Shown here piece by piece: positions 50,046 through 60,090 of a stretch of 64,000 nt of DNA (positions within the stretch are counted from its first letter, which is position 1; each line of letters begins with the position of its first letter). The notes under the pieces were generated by a model. That model did no database searches. It saw only the letters and a list, made by a program, of their open reading frames with translations, and was not told the DNA's origin. Source of the DNA: Planctomycetota bacterium (GTDB lineage: Bacteria > Planctomycetota > UBA1135 > UBA2386); the NCBI GenBank assembly GCA_965223545.1, contig OZ245006.1, positions 3,456,001 through 3,520,000 of the forward strand, read 5' to 3'. The position numbers were made by a program, and so were the translations under genes.

Positions 50046-50818
50046 CACGCCTCGATCAAAGCCGGTGGCATCGCATCCAGAGTGTAGATGCCGCCGCTGC
50101 GCACGGCACATTCGGGATCCGCCAGCTCGACGACGACACGCGCGACCTCGTCCGGCTGGATCAAGCGCCCGCACGCGTTGAGCGCACCGTAGCGGGCGAG
50201 CACGGCGGCCTCGTCGTGACGCCCCCGGGCGGCGATTTCGCGCGCGGCCTGGCGGGTGATGTCTGTGTCGACGAACCCGGGGCAGACCGCGTGCACGCGG
50301 ATCGGCGTGGCCGCCAGCTCGACCGCCAGCGCGCGGGTCAGGCCGACCATCGCGTGCTTGGCCGCGGTGTAGCCCGTGACCATGGGATACCCCACCAAAC
50401 CGGCGGTGGAGGCCAGCTGGATCAACACCCCGCCGCGGTCGCGCATCTCCCCGACGAGCGCCCGCGCCAGACGAAACGGTGCCGCGACGTGCAGATCGAG
50501 GACTTCCGCCAGCTGCGCATCCGTGGTGTCCTCGATCTTGGCCGACGGCGCGGTGCCCGCGTTGTTGACCAAGACCGCCACCGGCCCGAGCGCCTCGCGC
50601 GCCGCGGCCAGCACGCGGTCCGGCGCAGCCGGATCGCGCAGATCCTCCGCCACCCACGCCGCGGCTCGGCCGGCAGCCTGCAGCTCCTCGACGCGCGCCC
50701 GCAGTGCATCGGCCGAACGGGCGGCCAGCGCCACCGGCCACCCCGCCCGCGCCATGGCCTGCGCGATGGACCAACCGATGCCGCGAGAGCCGCCGGTGAT
50801 CAGCGCACAGCCGTTCAT
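50045..50818 (-). CDS. SDR family oxidoreductase
   Basis: TGGSRGIG, NNAG, YTAAK, PGFVDT. Confidence 0.92.
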   Translation of the reverse strand: MNGCALITGGSRGIGWSIAQAMARAGWPVALAARSADALRARVEELQAAGRAAAWVAEDLRDPAAPDRVLAAAREALGPVAVLVNNAGTAPSAKIEDTTDAQLAEVLDLHVAAPFRLARALVGEMRDRGGVLIQLASTAGLVGYPMVTGYTAAKHAMVGLTRALAVELAATPIRVHAVCPGFVDTDITRQAAREIAARGRHDEAAVLARYGALNACGRLIQPDEVARVVVELADPECAVRSGGIYTLDAMPPALIEA

Positions 50819-51009
50819 TCCCGGAGGTTACCGCAGACCGAGGGAGACCCCTCGCGAGAATGCGCAAGCGCTTCTGACCGCCGCACTATCCGTTGGTGGT
50901 GAGGTCCTCGGCGCGGCATGATCGACGATGGCCACCCCGCCGCGGTCGAAACGCGAAATCTCACCGCTCGGTCAGCGTTTCTCCCTCTCGCCTTCTCCAG
51001 GAGCCTTCA

Positions 51010-52116
51010 ATGAACCGGTCTATCGCTTCAGCCAGCCTCTGCATCGCCGCCATGGCCGTCGCCTGCGGTGAGACGAACTCCCCGGATCCCGGCACTCCGG
51101 CGGGCACGCCGGCGGCCCAGCAGAACAACGCCGGCGGCCAGGCATCCGGCGCCGTGCAAGGCGCTGGTTCACAGGATCCCGCCCCGAGCGGCGGCTCCGT
51201 GAAGATCGACATGAACTTCGTCAAGTTGATGTTCGGCGACTACCCCGAGGCCAAGGGCCGCAACCGCACGACCCCACAGAAGGTCGCCCTGGGTCGCAAG
51301 CTGTACCACGAAGAGCGCCTGTCGCGGAACAACGACATCTCGTGCGCGACCTGCCACGACCTGAGCAATTTCGGGCAGGACGGCAAGCCCACTTCGCCGG
51401 GCACCGGAGGCCTGGCCGGCAAGCGCAACACGCCGACCAACTTCAACGCCTGGCGACAGTTCGCCCAGTTTTGGGATTACCGCGCGGACACCATCGAGGA
51501 CCAGGCGACCATGCCGATCCTCACCGCCAACGAACACGGCCTGAAGGACGACGCCGAGATCGTCTCGATCCTGTCGGGAATCGAGGACTACGGGCCGCTG
51601 TTCAAGGAGGCATTCCCGCGCGATGAGAACCCGATCACAGGCGACAACGTCCGCGCCGCGCTGGGCGCGTTCCAACGCAAGCTCAACACGCGCTCGCGGT
51701 GGGACGACTTCGTCGAGGGCGACGAAAACGCGCTCACCGACGAAGAGAAGCGCGGGTTCCTCGCCTTCAAGGACGCGACCTGCCACTCGTGCCACATGAC
51801 GCGGTTGCTCGGCGGCACGATCCCGCAGAAGCTGGGGCTCATCCGACCGATCGAGTCGGCCGACAAGGGGCGCGCCGAAGTCACCGGGGTGAAGACCGAC
51901 GAGCTGCTGTTCAAGGTGCCGCCGCTGCTCAACATCACCGAGACCGGGCCCTACTGGCACGACGGCTCGATCGAGTCGCTCGAAGAGGTGGTGCGCCTGA
52001 TGGTCAAGCACCAGGTCACCGTCCCCGTCAGCGAGGACCAGATCCAGGCGATCATGGCCTTCCTCGGCGCGCTGACTGGCGAACTCGAGGATCCCTCGGT
52101 CATCGAGGGGAGCTGA
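51010..52116 (+). CDS. Diheme cytochrome c peroxidase family lipoprotein
   Basis: AVAC lipobox-like. CATCH and CHSCH. QFWD, FKVP, PYWHDG. Confidence 0.9.
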   Translation: MNRSIASASLCIAAMAVACGETNSPDPGTPAGTPAAQQNNAGGQASGAVQGAGSQDPAPSGGSVKIDMNFVKLMFGDYPEAKGRNRTTPQKVALGRKLYHEERLSRNNDISCATCHDLSNFGQDGKPTSPGTGGLAGKRNTPTNFNAWRQFAQFWDYRADTIEDQATMPILTANEHGLKDDAEIVSILSGIEDYGPLFKEAFPRDENPITGDNVRAALGAFQRKLNTRSRWDDFVEGDENALTDEEKRGFLAFKDATCHSCHMTRLLGGTIPQKLGLIRPIESADKGRAEVTGVKTDELLFKVPPLLNITETGPYWHDGSIESLEEVVRLMVKHQVTVPVSEDQIQAIMAFLGALTGELEDPSVIEGS

Positions 52117-52200
52117 TCGCGCGCGGCATCGCCGGGCGGCGCCCGCTCTGCTACGGCTGCGCCGTGGAGTGACCGCCGAGCTCGAGGCGATCCTTCTGGG

Positions 52201-52365
52201 CTACTTCTTCTTCTCGTTGTGCACCGTGTGGCGGCGCAGGCGAGGGCAGTACTTCTTGAGCTCCAGCTTGGGCGTGCCGGGCTTCTTGCGGATGGTGTAG
52301 TTGCGCTCACCGGTCTCGCTGCAGACCAGGTGAACGATCTCTTTCTTTTTCTTCGGCTTCGCCAT
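52201..52365 (-). CDS. rpmG: 50S ribosomal protein L33
   Basis: [26 protein letters not shown]. Confidence 0.93.
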   Translation of the reverse strand: MAKPKKKKEIVHLVCSETGERNYTIRKKPGTPKLELKKYCPRLRRHTVHNEKKK

Positions 52366-52468
52366 CGCAGAGGTCGCTCCGCTGAAATCGGGCGCCAAAG
52401 GCTAGCGAGGGAAAGGGCCGGATCAAGGCCACGCCCCGTTTCGGGGGGCGAGAAAGCGGTACAAGGGA

Positions 52469-52496
52469 AAGGCCCGGCGTTGGGGGGCCGGGCCTT
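52469..52496 (-). terminator. Putative intrinsic terminator hairpin
   Basis: aaggcccggc/gccgggcctt stem with a weak T-tail on the minus strand, downstream of 52533-53387. Confidence 0.4.
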
Positions 52497-52532
52497 CCAG
52501 GGGGGTTGTGCCACGGGACACTTGACTCGTGA

Positions 52533-53387
52533 TCACCCCTTCGCCGAATTCATCGGCGCCGGCGGGTTCTCAACCTGAGGCACTCTCCCCGGCCACCACG
52601 GAAAGAAGGTCTCCGGGCCCGGCGACCCCGGCAGCGGTGGACAGCCCAGCCGCCGGGCGTGCTCCGCGGCGGCGCGGATCTCGACCGCCACAGCGCCCCG
52701 GATCGCCCACGCCAGGTAGCGCAGGTCGGCGCAGCGCACCCCGCGCACCAAGCGGCGGAGCGTATCGGCGCGGTATCGCCCGCCGTGGCCACCGACCAGG
52801 TACTCCTGCGCCGCCCACCGGCGGGCCGCGTGGGGGGCCTCGCGGTGCAGGAGTGCCCGCGCGTCCAGTTCGGCCACCGGGCGGTTGCCGGCTGCCCGCT
52901 CGGCACGCCAGAGAGCGGCGAGCAAGCGAGCGGCCAGCGAAGCGCGCACGGGGTCGCCCCGGGCGCGCAGCACCAGCCCCTCGACCTGCCCGGCGTGGCC
53001 GAGGTCCAGGACCCCGGGCTCGGTGAGAAGCTCGGTCAGCTGAGTGGCATCCGCCGGGTGGCGGCCGATCTCGGCGAGAATCGAGCCGACCAGGGCCGAC
53101 AGCACCCGCCGATCCCCGCGCGCGCCGGCCTCGCGGAGGGCCGCACGCAGGGGTGTGCGAAATCTGAGTTGCGCCGCCGACGCCCCGGAGGACTGCCCGA
53201 CCAGCCCGTCGGCCGGCGAAAGGCCCGCTCCGGCGTCCAGAGGCTGCCAGGCCCGGGCGCCGCGGTGATCCGACACGGCGGCACTGCCGGACCCGGCCCG
53301 CGCTGCGGACCGCGCCGTAGCGGCCTCCAGCCCGAACCACAGCACCACGACGCCCAGGATCCCCGCCCACCAACGCCAAGCCCGCAT
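52533..53387 (-). CDS. Hypothetical membrane-anchored protein
   Basis: N-terminal hydrophobic helix. Fills the gap between rpmG and the next gene. No motif recognised. Confidence 0.45.
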   Translation of the reverse strand: MRAWRWWAGILGVVVLWFGLEAATARSAARAGSGSAAVSDHRGARAWQPLDAGAGLSPADGLVGQSSGASAAQLRFRTPLRAALREAGARGDRRVLSALVGSILAEIGRHPADATQLTELLTEPGVLDLGHAGQVEGLVLRARGDPVRASLAARLLAALWRAERAAGNRPVAELDARALLHREAPHAARRWAAQEYLVGGHGGRYRADTLRRLVRGVRCADLRYLAWAIRGAVAVEIRAAAEHARRLGCPPLPGSPGPETFFPWWPGRVPQVENPPAPMNSAKG

Positions 53388-53561
53388 CTTCGATCACTCC
53401 GCGCCTTGTGCCGAGCCCACCGCCAACTCGCCATGGAGTGGCGGCGAACCCGCGGTCGGTTACGCCGCGATGGCACCGCCCGGTGCAGACACAGCCCCAC
53501 GGTGATGAGAACGCGTAGATCGAAACGCCGATGCAGAGTATGCCACCACACTCGTCACCCC

Positions 53562-56318
53562 ATGCCACGCCTCCCGAGATCGATCAGCTTCGGCGTCTTT
53601 GCCACGGCCCTCTCGATCATCCTGCTGCAGATCGCGCTGACCCGCATCTTCGCCGTGATGATGTGGCACCACCTCACCTACATGGTGGTGTCGATCGCGC
53701 TGTTGGGCTTCGGCGCCGCCGGCAGCCTGCTCACGGCGATGCGCGCCGCGGAGGACCCCCGGTCGCCGGTGCGAAGGCTGACGGTCTACACGGCCGGTTA
53801 CGGGGTCGCGGTCCTGATCGCGTTCTTCCTGTTGCGCACCATCGAAGTCGACTGCTTCGCGCTGTGGACCGACAAACGCAACCTGCTGGCCCTGCTCCTC
53901 GTCTACGCCATCACCACCGCACCGTTCCTGCTCGGCGGCATGGCACTGGGCCTGGCGCTCACCCGCTACGTCCAGCACGTCAACCGGCTGTACTTCGTCG
54001 ACTTGGTCGGCTCCGGCTTGGGCGGCGCGATCAGCGTGTGGCTGCTCGGCCAGCTGTCGGCGTCCACGACGGTCGTCCTCGCCGCGGCGATCGGGCTGGC
54101 CGCGGCCGCCGCCTTCGGCGCGACCGCGAGTGGTCCGCTGCGCTGGGGCAGCCGGGCCACGGCCGCGCTGGGCGCCATCGCGTTCTTGATCTCCAGCGGC
54201 TTCGGCCAAGGACTCGGCCTCCCGCATCTCGAGTGGCACCCGCCGTTCGCGGCCGGCAAGGACTTCGCCGGCGAAGAGGACGATCCCGAGCTCGTGCGCC
54301 TGCCCTCGGCGACCGCCGAGGTCGAGGTCGGTCGGCCGATCGCAAACCTGCCGATGCTGGGCGGCGACATCGGCTACTCGGCGATTCGCCAGATCGAGAT
54401 GCGCAACGTCGGCCAGGACGGGACCGCGCCGACGTTCTTGTTCCGCGACGCCGGCCAACTCGAGCGCTTCGACTTTCTCACCGCGGTGCAAGCGGCCTCG
54501 GCCTACGTCGCCGCGGAGGCCGCTGGTATGCGCGATCCCCGCGCCCTGGTCATCGGCGTCGGCGGCGGCATCGACGTGATGATCGCGCTGCTCTGCGGTG
54601 CGCGCCACGTCACCGCCGTCGAGCTCAACACCGCGATGATCGAGGCGGTGACCGAGCGGTTTGCAGACTACCTCGACCACTTGTTCACCCCGGGCGCCCA
54701 CACGTACAGCGACCGCATCCAGCTGGTCAACAGCGAGGGGCGCTCGTTCATGCGCAGCCGCGACGATCGCTACGACGTGATTCAGATGAGCGGCGTGGAC
54801 TCGTTCACCGCGCTCAGCACCGGCGCGTACACGCTGTCGGAGAGCTATCTGTACACCGTCGAGGCCGTCACCGAGTTCTACGAGCACCTGGAGGACGGCG
54901 GCTACATCAGCTACTCGCGATTCATCCTCCAACACCCCAAAAAGCCGCGCGAGACTCTCCGTCTCGCCAACATCGCACGTCAGGCACTGGCCGAGCTCGG
55001 GGTTGCCGATCCCGCACGGCAGATCGCGGTGTTCCAAGGGCGCAGCTGGGCTTCGACGATGATCAAACGCGGCGCCTTCACGCGCGCCGAGATCGACGCC
55101 CTGCAGGAGTTCGGCCGGCGCGAGGGTTTCTTGGGCCTGGTGTTCGATCCGCTGCTCGACGACGGGGTGCCGGCCAAGCCGGCGCTGGATTCCGTCGACT
55201 TGAGCAAGCTGCTCGACGACGCGACGCTCGACAGCGTGCTCGAACACAACGCTCCCGGGTCGTCCGCCGAGCAGCGCCGCCCCTGGATCGAGCCCCTGCT
55301 CGCCGCCTATCGCGTCCTGCTGCGAGAGGGCCGGGCACAGGCCGACTCCACACTCGCGACGACTGCCGAGACCACGCCCGAGCTGGCCGGGGCCGCGCGC
55401 CGGGCGCTGGCCCAGCTGCAGGCGCAAAGCCGGCCACCGGTCGAGGCGTTCGCGGCGACGGCGGAGATCTTCCGCTCGGTGCTGACCAGCGGCGAAGCCG
55501 ACCGCGCCGCCTTCCTGCGCTCGTACCCGTACGACCTGTCGCCCTGCACGGACGACACCCCGTTCTTCTTCAACTACTACAAGTACGGCGCGCTCTTGGC
55601 ACCGCTCGAGGCCGACGCCACCAACTCGGTCTACACGACCGACGTGCCGATCGGCCACGTCGTGCTGCTGGCCTCGCTGACCCAGGTCCTGGTGCTGGCC
55701 GTGGTGCTGATCTTCCTCCCGCTGCGCAGACTCAGCCGCGCCGGCATCCGCACCGCCGGCAGTTGGCGCTACTTCTGTTACTTCGCCGCCCTCGGCGCGG
55801 GCTTCATGTTCGTCGAGATCGTGGTCATGCAGAAGATGGTCATCTTTCTCGGTCACCCCACGTACGCGCTCTCCGTGGTACTGGCGGCTCTGCTGGTCGC
55901 TGCCGGGACCGGCTCGCTGGTCGCCGGCCGGATCCACGTGCTCTCCCGCCGCAACCTCATCCGCCTGGGCGCGGCCATCGTCGCCGCGATCGCAGCCACG
56001 TGCGCGTTCCAGACCTGGGGTCTCGATCCACTGCTGGGGCTCCCCCTACCGGTGCGGATCGGCATCGCCGTCGCCGCGCAGCTGCCGGTCGGCATCGCCC
56101 TCGGCATGGCGTTTCCCACCGGCATGCGCGTGGTCGAGCAGAACTGCCCGCAGCTGCTGCCGTGGTGCTGGGCGATCAACGGCTTCTTGTCGGTGTTCTC
56201 GGCCGTGTTCGTGATCGTGCTCAGCATGATCGTCGGCTTCACCGTGGCGCTGCTGAGCGCTGCGCTGATCTACGCGGCCGGCTTCGCAGTGATGCCGGCG
56301 GCGCGCACTGCGAGCTGA
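53562..56318 (+). CDS. Multi-pass membrane SAM-dependent methyltransferase (spermidine synthase-like)
   Basis: TM blocks (SIALLGFG, LYFVDLVG; WCWAING) flanking LVIGVGGG, AVELN, EGRSF, ESYLYT. Confidence 0.82.
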   Translation: MPRLPRSISFGVFATALSIILLQIALTRIFAVMMWHHLTYMVVSIALLGFGAAGSLLTAMRAAEDPRSPVRRLTVYTAGYGVAVLIAFFLLRTIEVDCFALWTDKRNLLALLLVYAITTAPFLLGGMALGLALTRYVQHVNRLYFVDLVGSGLGGAISVWLLGQLSASTTVVLAAAIGLAAAAAFGATASGPLRWGSRATAALGAIAFLISSGFGQGLGLPHLEWHPPFAAGKDFAGEEDDPELVRLPSATAEVEVGRPIANLPMLGGDIGYSAIRQIEMRNVGQDGTAPTFLFRDAGQLERFDFLTAVQAASAYVAAEAAGMRDPRALVIGVGGGIDVMIALLCGARHVTAVELNTAMIEAVTERFADYLDHLFTPGAHTYSDRIQLVNSEGRSFMRSRDDRYDVIQMSGVDSFTALSTGAYTLSESYLYTVEAVTEFYEHLEDGGYISYSRFILQHPKKPRETLRLANIARQALAELGVADPARQIAVFQGRSWASTMIKRGAFTRAEIDALQEFGRREGFLGLVFDPLLDDGVPAKPALDSVDLSKLLDDATLDSVLEHNAPGSSAEQRRPWIEPLLAAYRVLLREGRAQADSTLATTAETTPELAGAARRALAQLQAQSRPPVEAFAATAEIFRSVLTSGEADRAAFLRSYPYDLSPCTDDTPFFFNYYKYGALLAPLEADATNSVYTTDVPIGHVVLLASLTQVLVLAVVLIFLPLRRLSRAGIRTAGSWRYFCYFAALGAGFMFVEIVVMQKMVIFLGHPTYALSVVLAALLVAAGTGSLVAGRIHVLSRRNLIRLGAAIVAAIAATCAFQTWGLDPLLGLPLPVRIGIAVAAQLPVGIALGMAFPTGMRVVEQNCPQLLPWCWAINGFLSVFSAVFVIVLSMIVGFTVALLSAALIYAAGFAVMPAARTAS

Positions 56319-56359
56319 GCGCGGCCGGGGGCATTGTCTCTCCGATCCAGGAGGCACTG

Positions 56360-58066
56360 TCAGCGCGTCTCGGCGCGGCGGGCGCGGCGTCGTGCATCAC
56401 CATCGCCGAGCACCAGTGCCACCGGCGTACCGTTCTCGTCCAGCTCGAACGAGACTCGCCAAGCCGTTCGGCGGCGCACGTTGTAGTCGACGAACGAGAC
56501 CGCGCTCTCCGGGCGCGCGACGCGCGGCGGGTCGGCCTCCAGGATTCGGATGGAGCCGACCTCGTCGTCGCCGAAGCAGTACTCGATCCGCCGCACTCCG
56601 CGCTCGCCCACCAAGGTCAGCACGATCGCGATCTCCCCGAACCGGTGCGCACCGGGCAGCGCGCGAATCTCCCGCACGTCGCCGATGGCGTTCTGCCACC
56701 GCTGCAACAGTCCGCGGTGGCGGGCCGCGAAGTGATCGATCGGCGCGTGGCGGTCGGTGAGCGCGTGCAGCGGCGCGAGGTCGCCGTCGACCGCTGCGCG
56801 CATGGCGTCACGACTCTGCAGCTGTAGCTCGGCCAACCGCGCAGTCTGCTCGTCCCGCACCGGGTGCAGCAAGCCGCACGCCGCGGCATCGCGCGAAGAG
56901 AGCTGCAACGCGCCATCGCTCGCCGCGACCTCGACCGTGGCGCCATCCGGCAGGACCCAGCTCCCGCCGTACGCGGCCAAGGCGGGCGGCGACAGTGAGA
57001 TGATCTGCGGCAGGGCAGTGACGGGCTCGTCGAAGACGAGCTGCTCGACGTCCGGGCTGACATCGAACGCGTAGACATCGGCATGGTTGCCGGCGACCAC
57101 GATGGTGACCCGCTGGTCGGGATAGTGGCGGAAGTCGGCCGAAAAGACGTCGTTGCTGCCGTTGTGCGAAATGCGAGGTCGAGCGCCGTCTCGCACGACG
57201 CAACCGTAGCCGATGTGCACACCGGGCCGCACGGTCGCGTGGTGGGCTGTCATCGCCTGCAAGCTCGGCGCGTCCAGCACCCGGCCCCCATCAAGGACCG
57301 CGCCCCATCGCGCCAAGTCGACCACCGTGGCCATCACCCCGCCTGCACCGATCAGCCCCCAGCCGATCGGCCCGGCGTCCAGCAGCGTTCCGGTGTCTGT
57401 CCCCTCGATATAGCCGTGCGCCAGTCGGCCCGGCTCCCATTCGGGGAGATGCATGCCGGTGTCGTGCATGCCGGCGGGCTGCCAGAGCGCGCGCCGCAGG
57501 TACTGCTCGAACGAGACCCCGGCGACCCGCTCGACGACGGCCGCCAACAAGCCGTAGCCGATGTTGGAGTAGCCAAACCCACTGCCCGGCGCGAACGCGA
57601 GCTCGGTGCGCGCGGCCCGCCGCACGAAGTCCGCCACATCGGTCGCCGCCTCGACGTGGCTCGCCGCCTCCGGCAAGCCCGAGGTGTGACTCAGCAACTG
57701 GTGCAGCGTCACTTCCGCCAATCGCCCTTCCAGCTCGGTCAGGTGGCGGCCGACCGGGTCGGTGGTCGCGATCTTGCCTTCCATCTGCAGCGCGAGCACC
57801 GCCGCCGCGGTGAAGTGCTTGGTGATCGAGCCGAGGGGAAACACGGTGTCCGCTGTGACTTGCCGGTCGCGACTTCGCACCGCCAGCCCGTAGCCGCGGG
57901 CGAACTCGACCTCGCCGTCGCGAGCGACGGCGACCGCGCCGGAGAAACCGAGTGCGGCCAAGCGTGAGAGATGACCGTCGAGCCGCTGGGTCAGCGCCTC
58001 CGCGGTCTCACCCTGAGGAACCGGCGGCGCACAGCATGCCACGGCGACGAGCAAACAGACGTTCAT
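56360..58066 (-). CDS. Serine hydrolase, class C beta-lactamase/AmpH family
   Basis: GSITK (SxxK), LLSHTSGL, YSN, HNG. Confidence 0.88.
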   Translation of the reverse strand: MNVCLLVAVACCAPPVPQGETAEALTQRLDGHLSRLAALGFSGAVAVARDGEVEFARGYGLAVRSRDRQVTADTVFPLGSITKHFTAAAVLALQMEGKIATTDPVGRHLTELEGRLAEVTLHQLLSHTSGLPEAASHVEAATDVADFVRRAARTELAFAPGSGFGYSNIGYGLLAAVVERVAGVSFEQYLRRALWQPAGMHDTGMHLPEWEPGRLAHGYIEGTDTGTLLDAGPIGWGLIGAGGVMATVVDLARWGAVLDGGRVLDAPSLQAMTAHHATVRPGVHIGYGCVVRDGARPRISHNGSNDVFSADFRHYPDQRVTIVVAGNHADVYAFDVSPDVEQLVFDEPVTALPQIISLSPPALAAYGGSWVLPDGATVEVAASDGALQLSSRDAAACGLLHPVRDEQTARLAELQLQSRDAMRAAVDGDLAPLHALTDRHAPIDHFAARHRGLLQRWQNAIGDVREIRALPGAHRFGEIAIVLTLVGERGVRRIEYCFGDDEVGSIRILEADPPRVARPESAVSFVDYNVRRRTAWRVSFELDENGTPVALVLGDGDARRRARRAETR

Positions 58067-58136
58067 GCAACGCCCAGGTGCCGCCGCGGCGGGATTCACC
58101 GCCGGAATCGACAAATTGCCGCGACTCCGCCGTTGC

Positions 58137-58365
58137 CGCCGCGCAAGGATTCTCGGCCCCGGACGTCTCAGCGCGGCCACGGCCGCAACCAAACTCGGAT
58201 GCCGCTCTCGCCGGAGCGGGTTGGAAGGTCTGACACATCCGCCGCCGCGCTGAGCGCAGACGCCAGTGTTGTTTTGGAGCGTCCGGGAGTTGCGGTACCG
58301 AAGTCCTGACGACAGCGGGCCCTTCGGAAAGGTTGTCGCCGCGCAAGGATTCTCGGCCCCGGACG
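58137..58365. repeat. 29-bp exact direct repeat pair, 200 bp apart
   Basis: cgccgcgcaaggattctcggccccggacg at 58137-58165 and 58337-58365. Confidence 0.9.
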
Positions 58366-58366
58366 C

Positions 58367-59416
58367 TCAGTGGCCGCCGCGGTGCGCAACCAGCGCGCTG
58401 TTGGCGTTCCACGCCGAGAAGCGCACGTGCTCGACGTCGCTGAAGCCCGCCTCGCGCAACCACTCGATGGTCTCGCCGATCGCATGGTTGCGGCCTTCGG
58501 AAGTCGCCACTCGTTGCACCAAGTTGATCAGCGTCGGCCAACGCGGCGAAGTCCGGCCATCGTCCAGGAACTGAGCCTGCACGATCAGGCGTCCGCCCGG
58601 GTTGACGAAGCCGTGGCAACGACGCAACAGATCACGCGACCGCGCGGGCCCCAGCATGTGAAGCGTGTTCGACAAGAAGACAGCATCGAAGCCGTGCGAG
58701 GGCTCGTACTGCAGCGCGTCGGCGACCACGAACTCCACCGAGTCGGTCATCCCACGGGCCCCGACCAGGCGTCGCGCGTCGGCAATCGGGCGCTCGAGGT
58801 CGAGCAGCGTCGCCCGGATCTCGGGGAAGCGCTCGAGGATCGCGAGCGCGTAGGTCCCGGGTCCACAGCCCAGGTCGAGCAGCGTCGAGATTCCGGCAAA
58901 GTCCAAGTGGTCGACGAACTCCACGCCGCGGGAGCGCGCGTGCGCATCCATCGCATCCGTCATGCGGGCGACCAACGGATTGTCCCCACCACCGTCTTCG
59001 ACGAGCGACCCCGGCGGCCGACCGGTGCGCTGCGCGGTAGCCAGAGCAAACAACGGCCCGGTGAGCACGTGCATGAAGTCGAGCCACTCGCCGACGTAGT
59101 TGGCGGAGCGGGCATCGCCGAGGCAGGCCAACAGATCTTCGTGCCCGCGGTACTGGTCGCCGCGCTTGTGCAGCAGCCCGAGGGCGACGGCCGCATCCAC
59201 GATGGCGCGCAGCGTCTCCCGGTCACCGCCGACCGCGGGGGCCAACTGAGCGAAGTCTCGCGGCCCGCCGGCGAGCACTCGGAAGACGCCGAGCTCGTGC
59301 ATCGCCAGCAAGACCGCCGACTCGAAGAAGCTCTGCGCGCTCTCCAGAGTCGCGACCTGCGCTTTGACGTCCTTCAGCGCGGGCCGCACGAAACCGGCGA
59401 GGCGATCGGCTACCAT
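58367..59416 (-). CDS. O-methyltransferase with N-terminal dimerisation domain
   Basis: ELGVF HTH, LLDLGCGPG, ADAL, SNTLH, PGGRL. Confidence 0.88.
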   Translation of the reverse strand: MVADRLAGFVRPALKDVKAQVATLESAQSFFESAVLLAMHELGVFRVLAGGPRDFAQLAPAVGGDRETLRAIVDAAVALGLLHKRGDQYRGHEDLLACLGDARSANYVGEWLDFMHVLTGPLFALATAQRTGRPPGSLVEDGGGDNPLVARMTDAMDAHARSRGVEFVDHLDFAGISTLLDLGCGPGTYALAILERFPEIRATLLDLERPIADARRLVGARGMTDSVEFVVADALQYEPSHGFDAVFLSNTLHMLGPARSRDLLRRCHGFVNPGGRLIVQAQFLDDGRTSPRWPTLINLVQRVATSEGRNHAIGETIEWLREAGFSDVEHVRFSAWNANSALVAHRGGH

Positions 59417-59463
59417 GGCATGGTTCTCGGCGTCGGCCACACGAGCCAACGCGGGATGCCGGG

Positions 59464-59988
59464 TTATACACCGAAACCGACGGTGGGTTCCTCGGAAGCA
59501 CGTGGTCGTCGCTCGGCGCGCGCCGCCTCGAGCTCGAGCAAGGCGCGCTTGATCGCCAGCCCGCCGGCATAGCCGGTCAGCGCGCCGTCGGCACCGATCA
59601 CGCGGTGGCAAGGCACGATGATCGCGATGGGGTTGCGGCCATTCGCGGCGCCGACCGCGCGCGCCGCGCCAACGGCGCCGATGGCGCGCGCGAGGGCGCC
59701 ATAGGTCGACGTGCGGCCGTACGGGATGCGCTGCAGGGCGCGCCAGACGCGCGCTTGGAACGGCGTGCCGCGCGGCGCGAGCGGCACGTCGAACTGCGCG
59801 CGCTCTCCCGCCAGGTACTCGCGCAGCTGGCGCCGCACGCGGGCCAAGCTCGATGGGGATCGCTGCCACCGCGCGGCCTGTTGCCGGCTGCCGAGCTCAT
59901 CGGTGAACTCGAGCTCTACCAGCCCGTCGTTGTCTACGGCTGCCCGCATCACACCGAGTCGCGTCTCGAACAAGTCGTATCGAATCAT
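59464..59988 (-). CDS. ogt: Methylated-DNA-protein-cysteine methyltransferase
   Basis: GTPFQ, IPYG, ARAVG, PCHRV, GYAGG. Confidence 0.93.
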   Translation of the reverse strand: MIRYDLFETRLGVMRAAVDNDGLVELEFTDELGSRQQAARWQRSPSSLARVRRQLREYLAGERAQFDVPLAPRGTPFQARVWRALQRIPYGRTSTYGALARAIGAVGAARAVGAANGRNPIAIIVPCHRVIGADGALTGYAGGLAIKRALLELEAARAERRPRASEEPTVGFGV

Positions 59989-60090
59989 GGCGCCAGTCGA
60001 GCGGGGAGCGGCAGGCGGTGCCGGCGGAATACGGACCCCCATTTCACGCTGAGGGCACGACACCAACGCATTGCCACTAATGTGACGCCC

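Noticed and set aside
56360..58066. Antibiotic resistance beta-lactamase
   Set aside because: Motifs only place it in the broad serine hydrolase family.
58137..58365. Direct repeats as a CRISPR array
   Set aside because: Only two copies, a 171-nt spacer and no cas genes.
60000..60045. Minus-strand GGTCCGTATTCCGCC resembling a tRNA/tmRNA T-arm
   Set aside because: No canonical GTTCGA loop, cloverleaf or CCA end.
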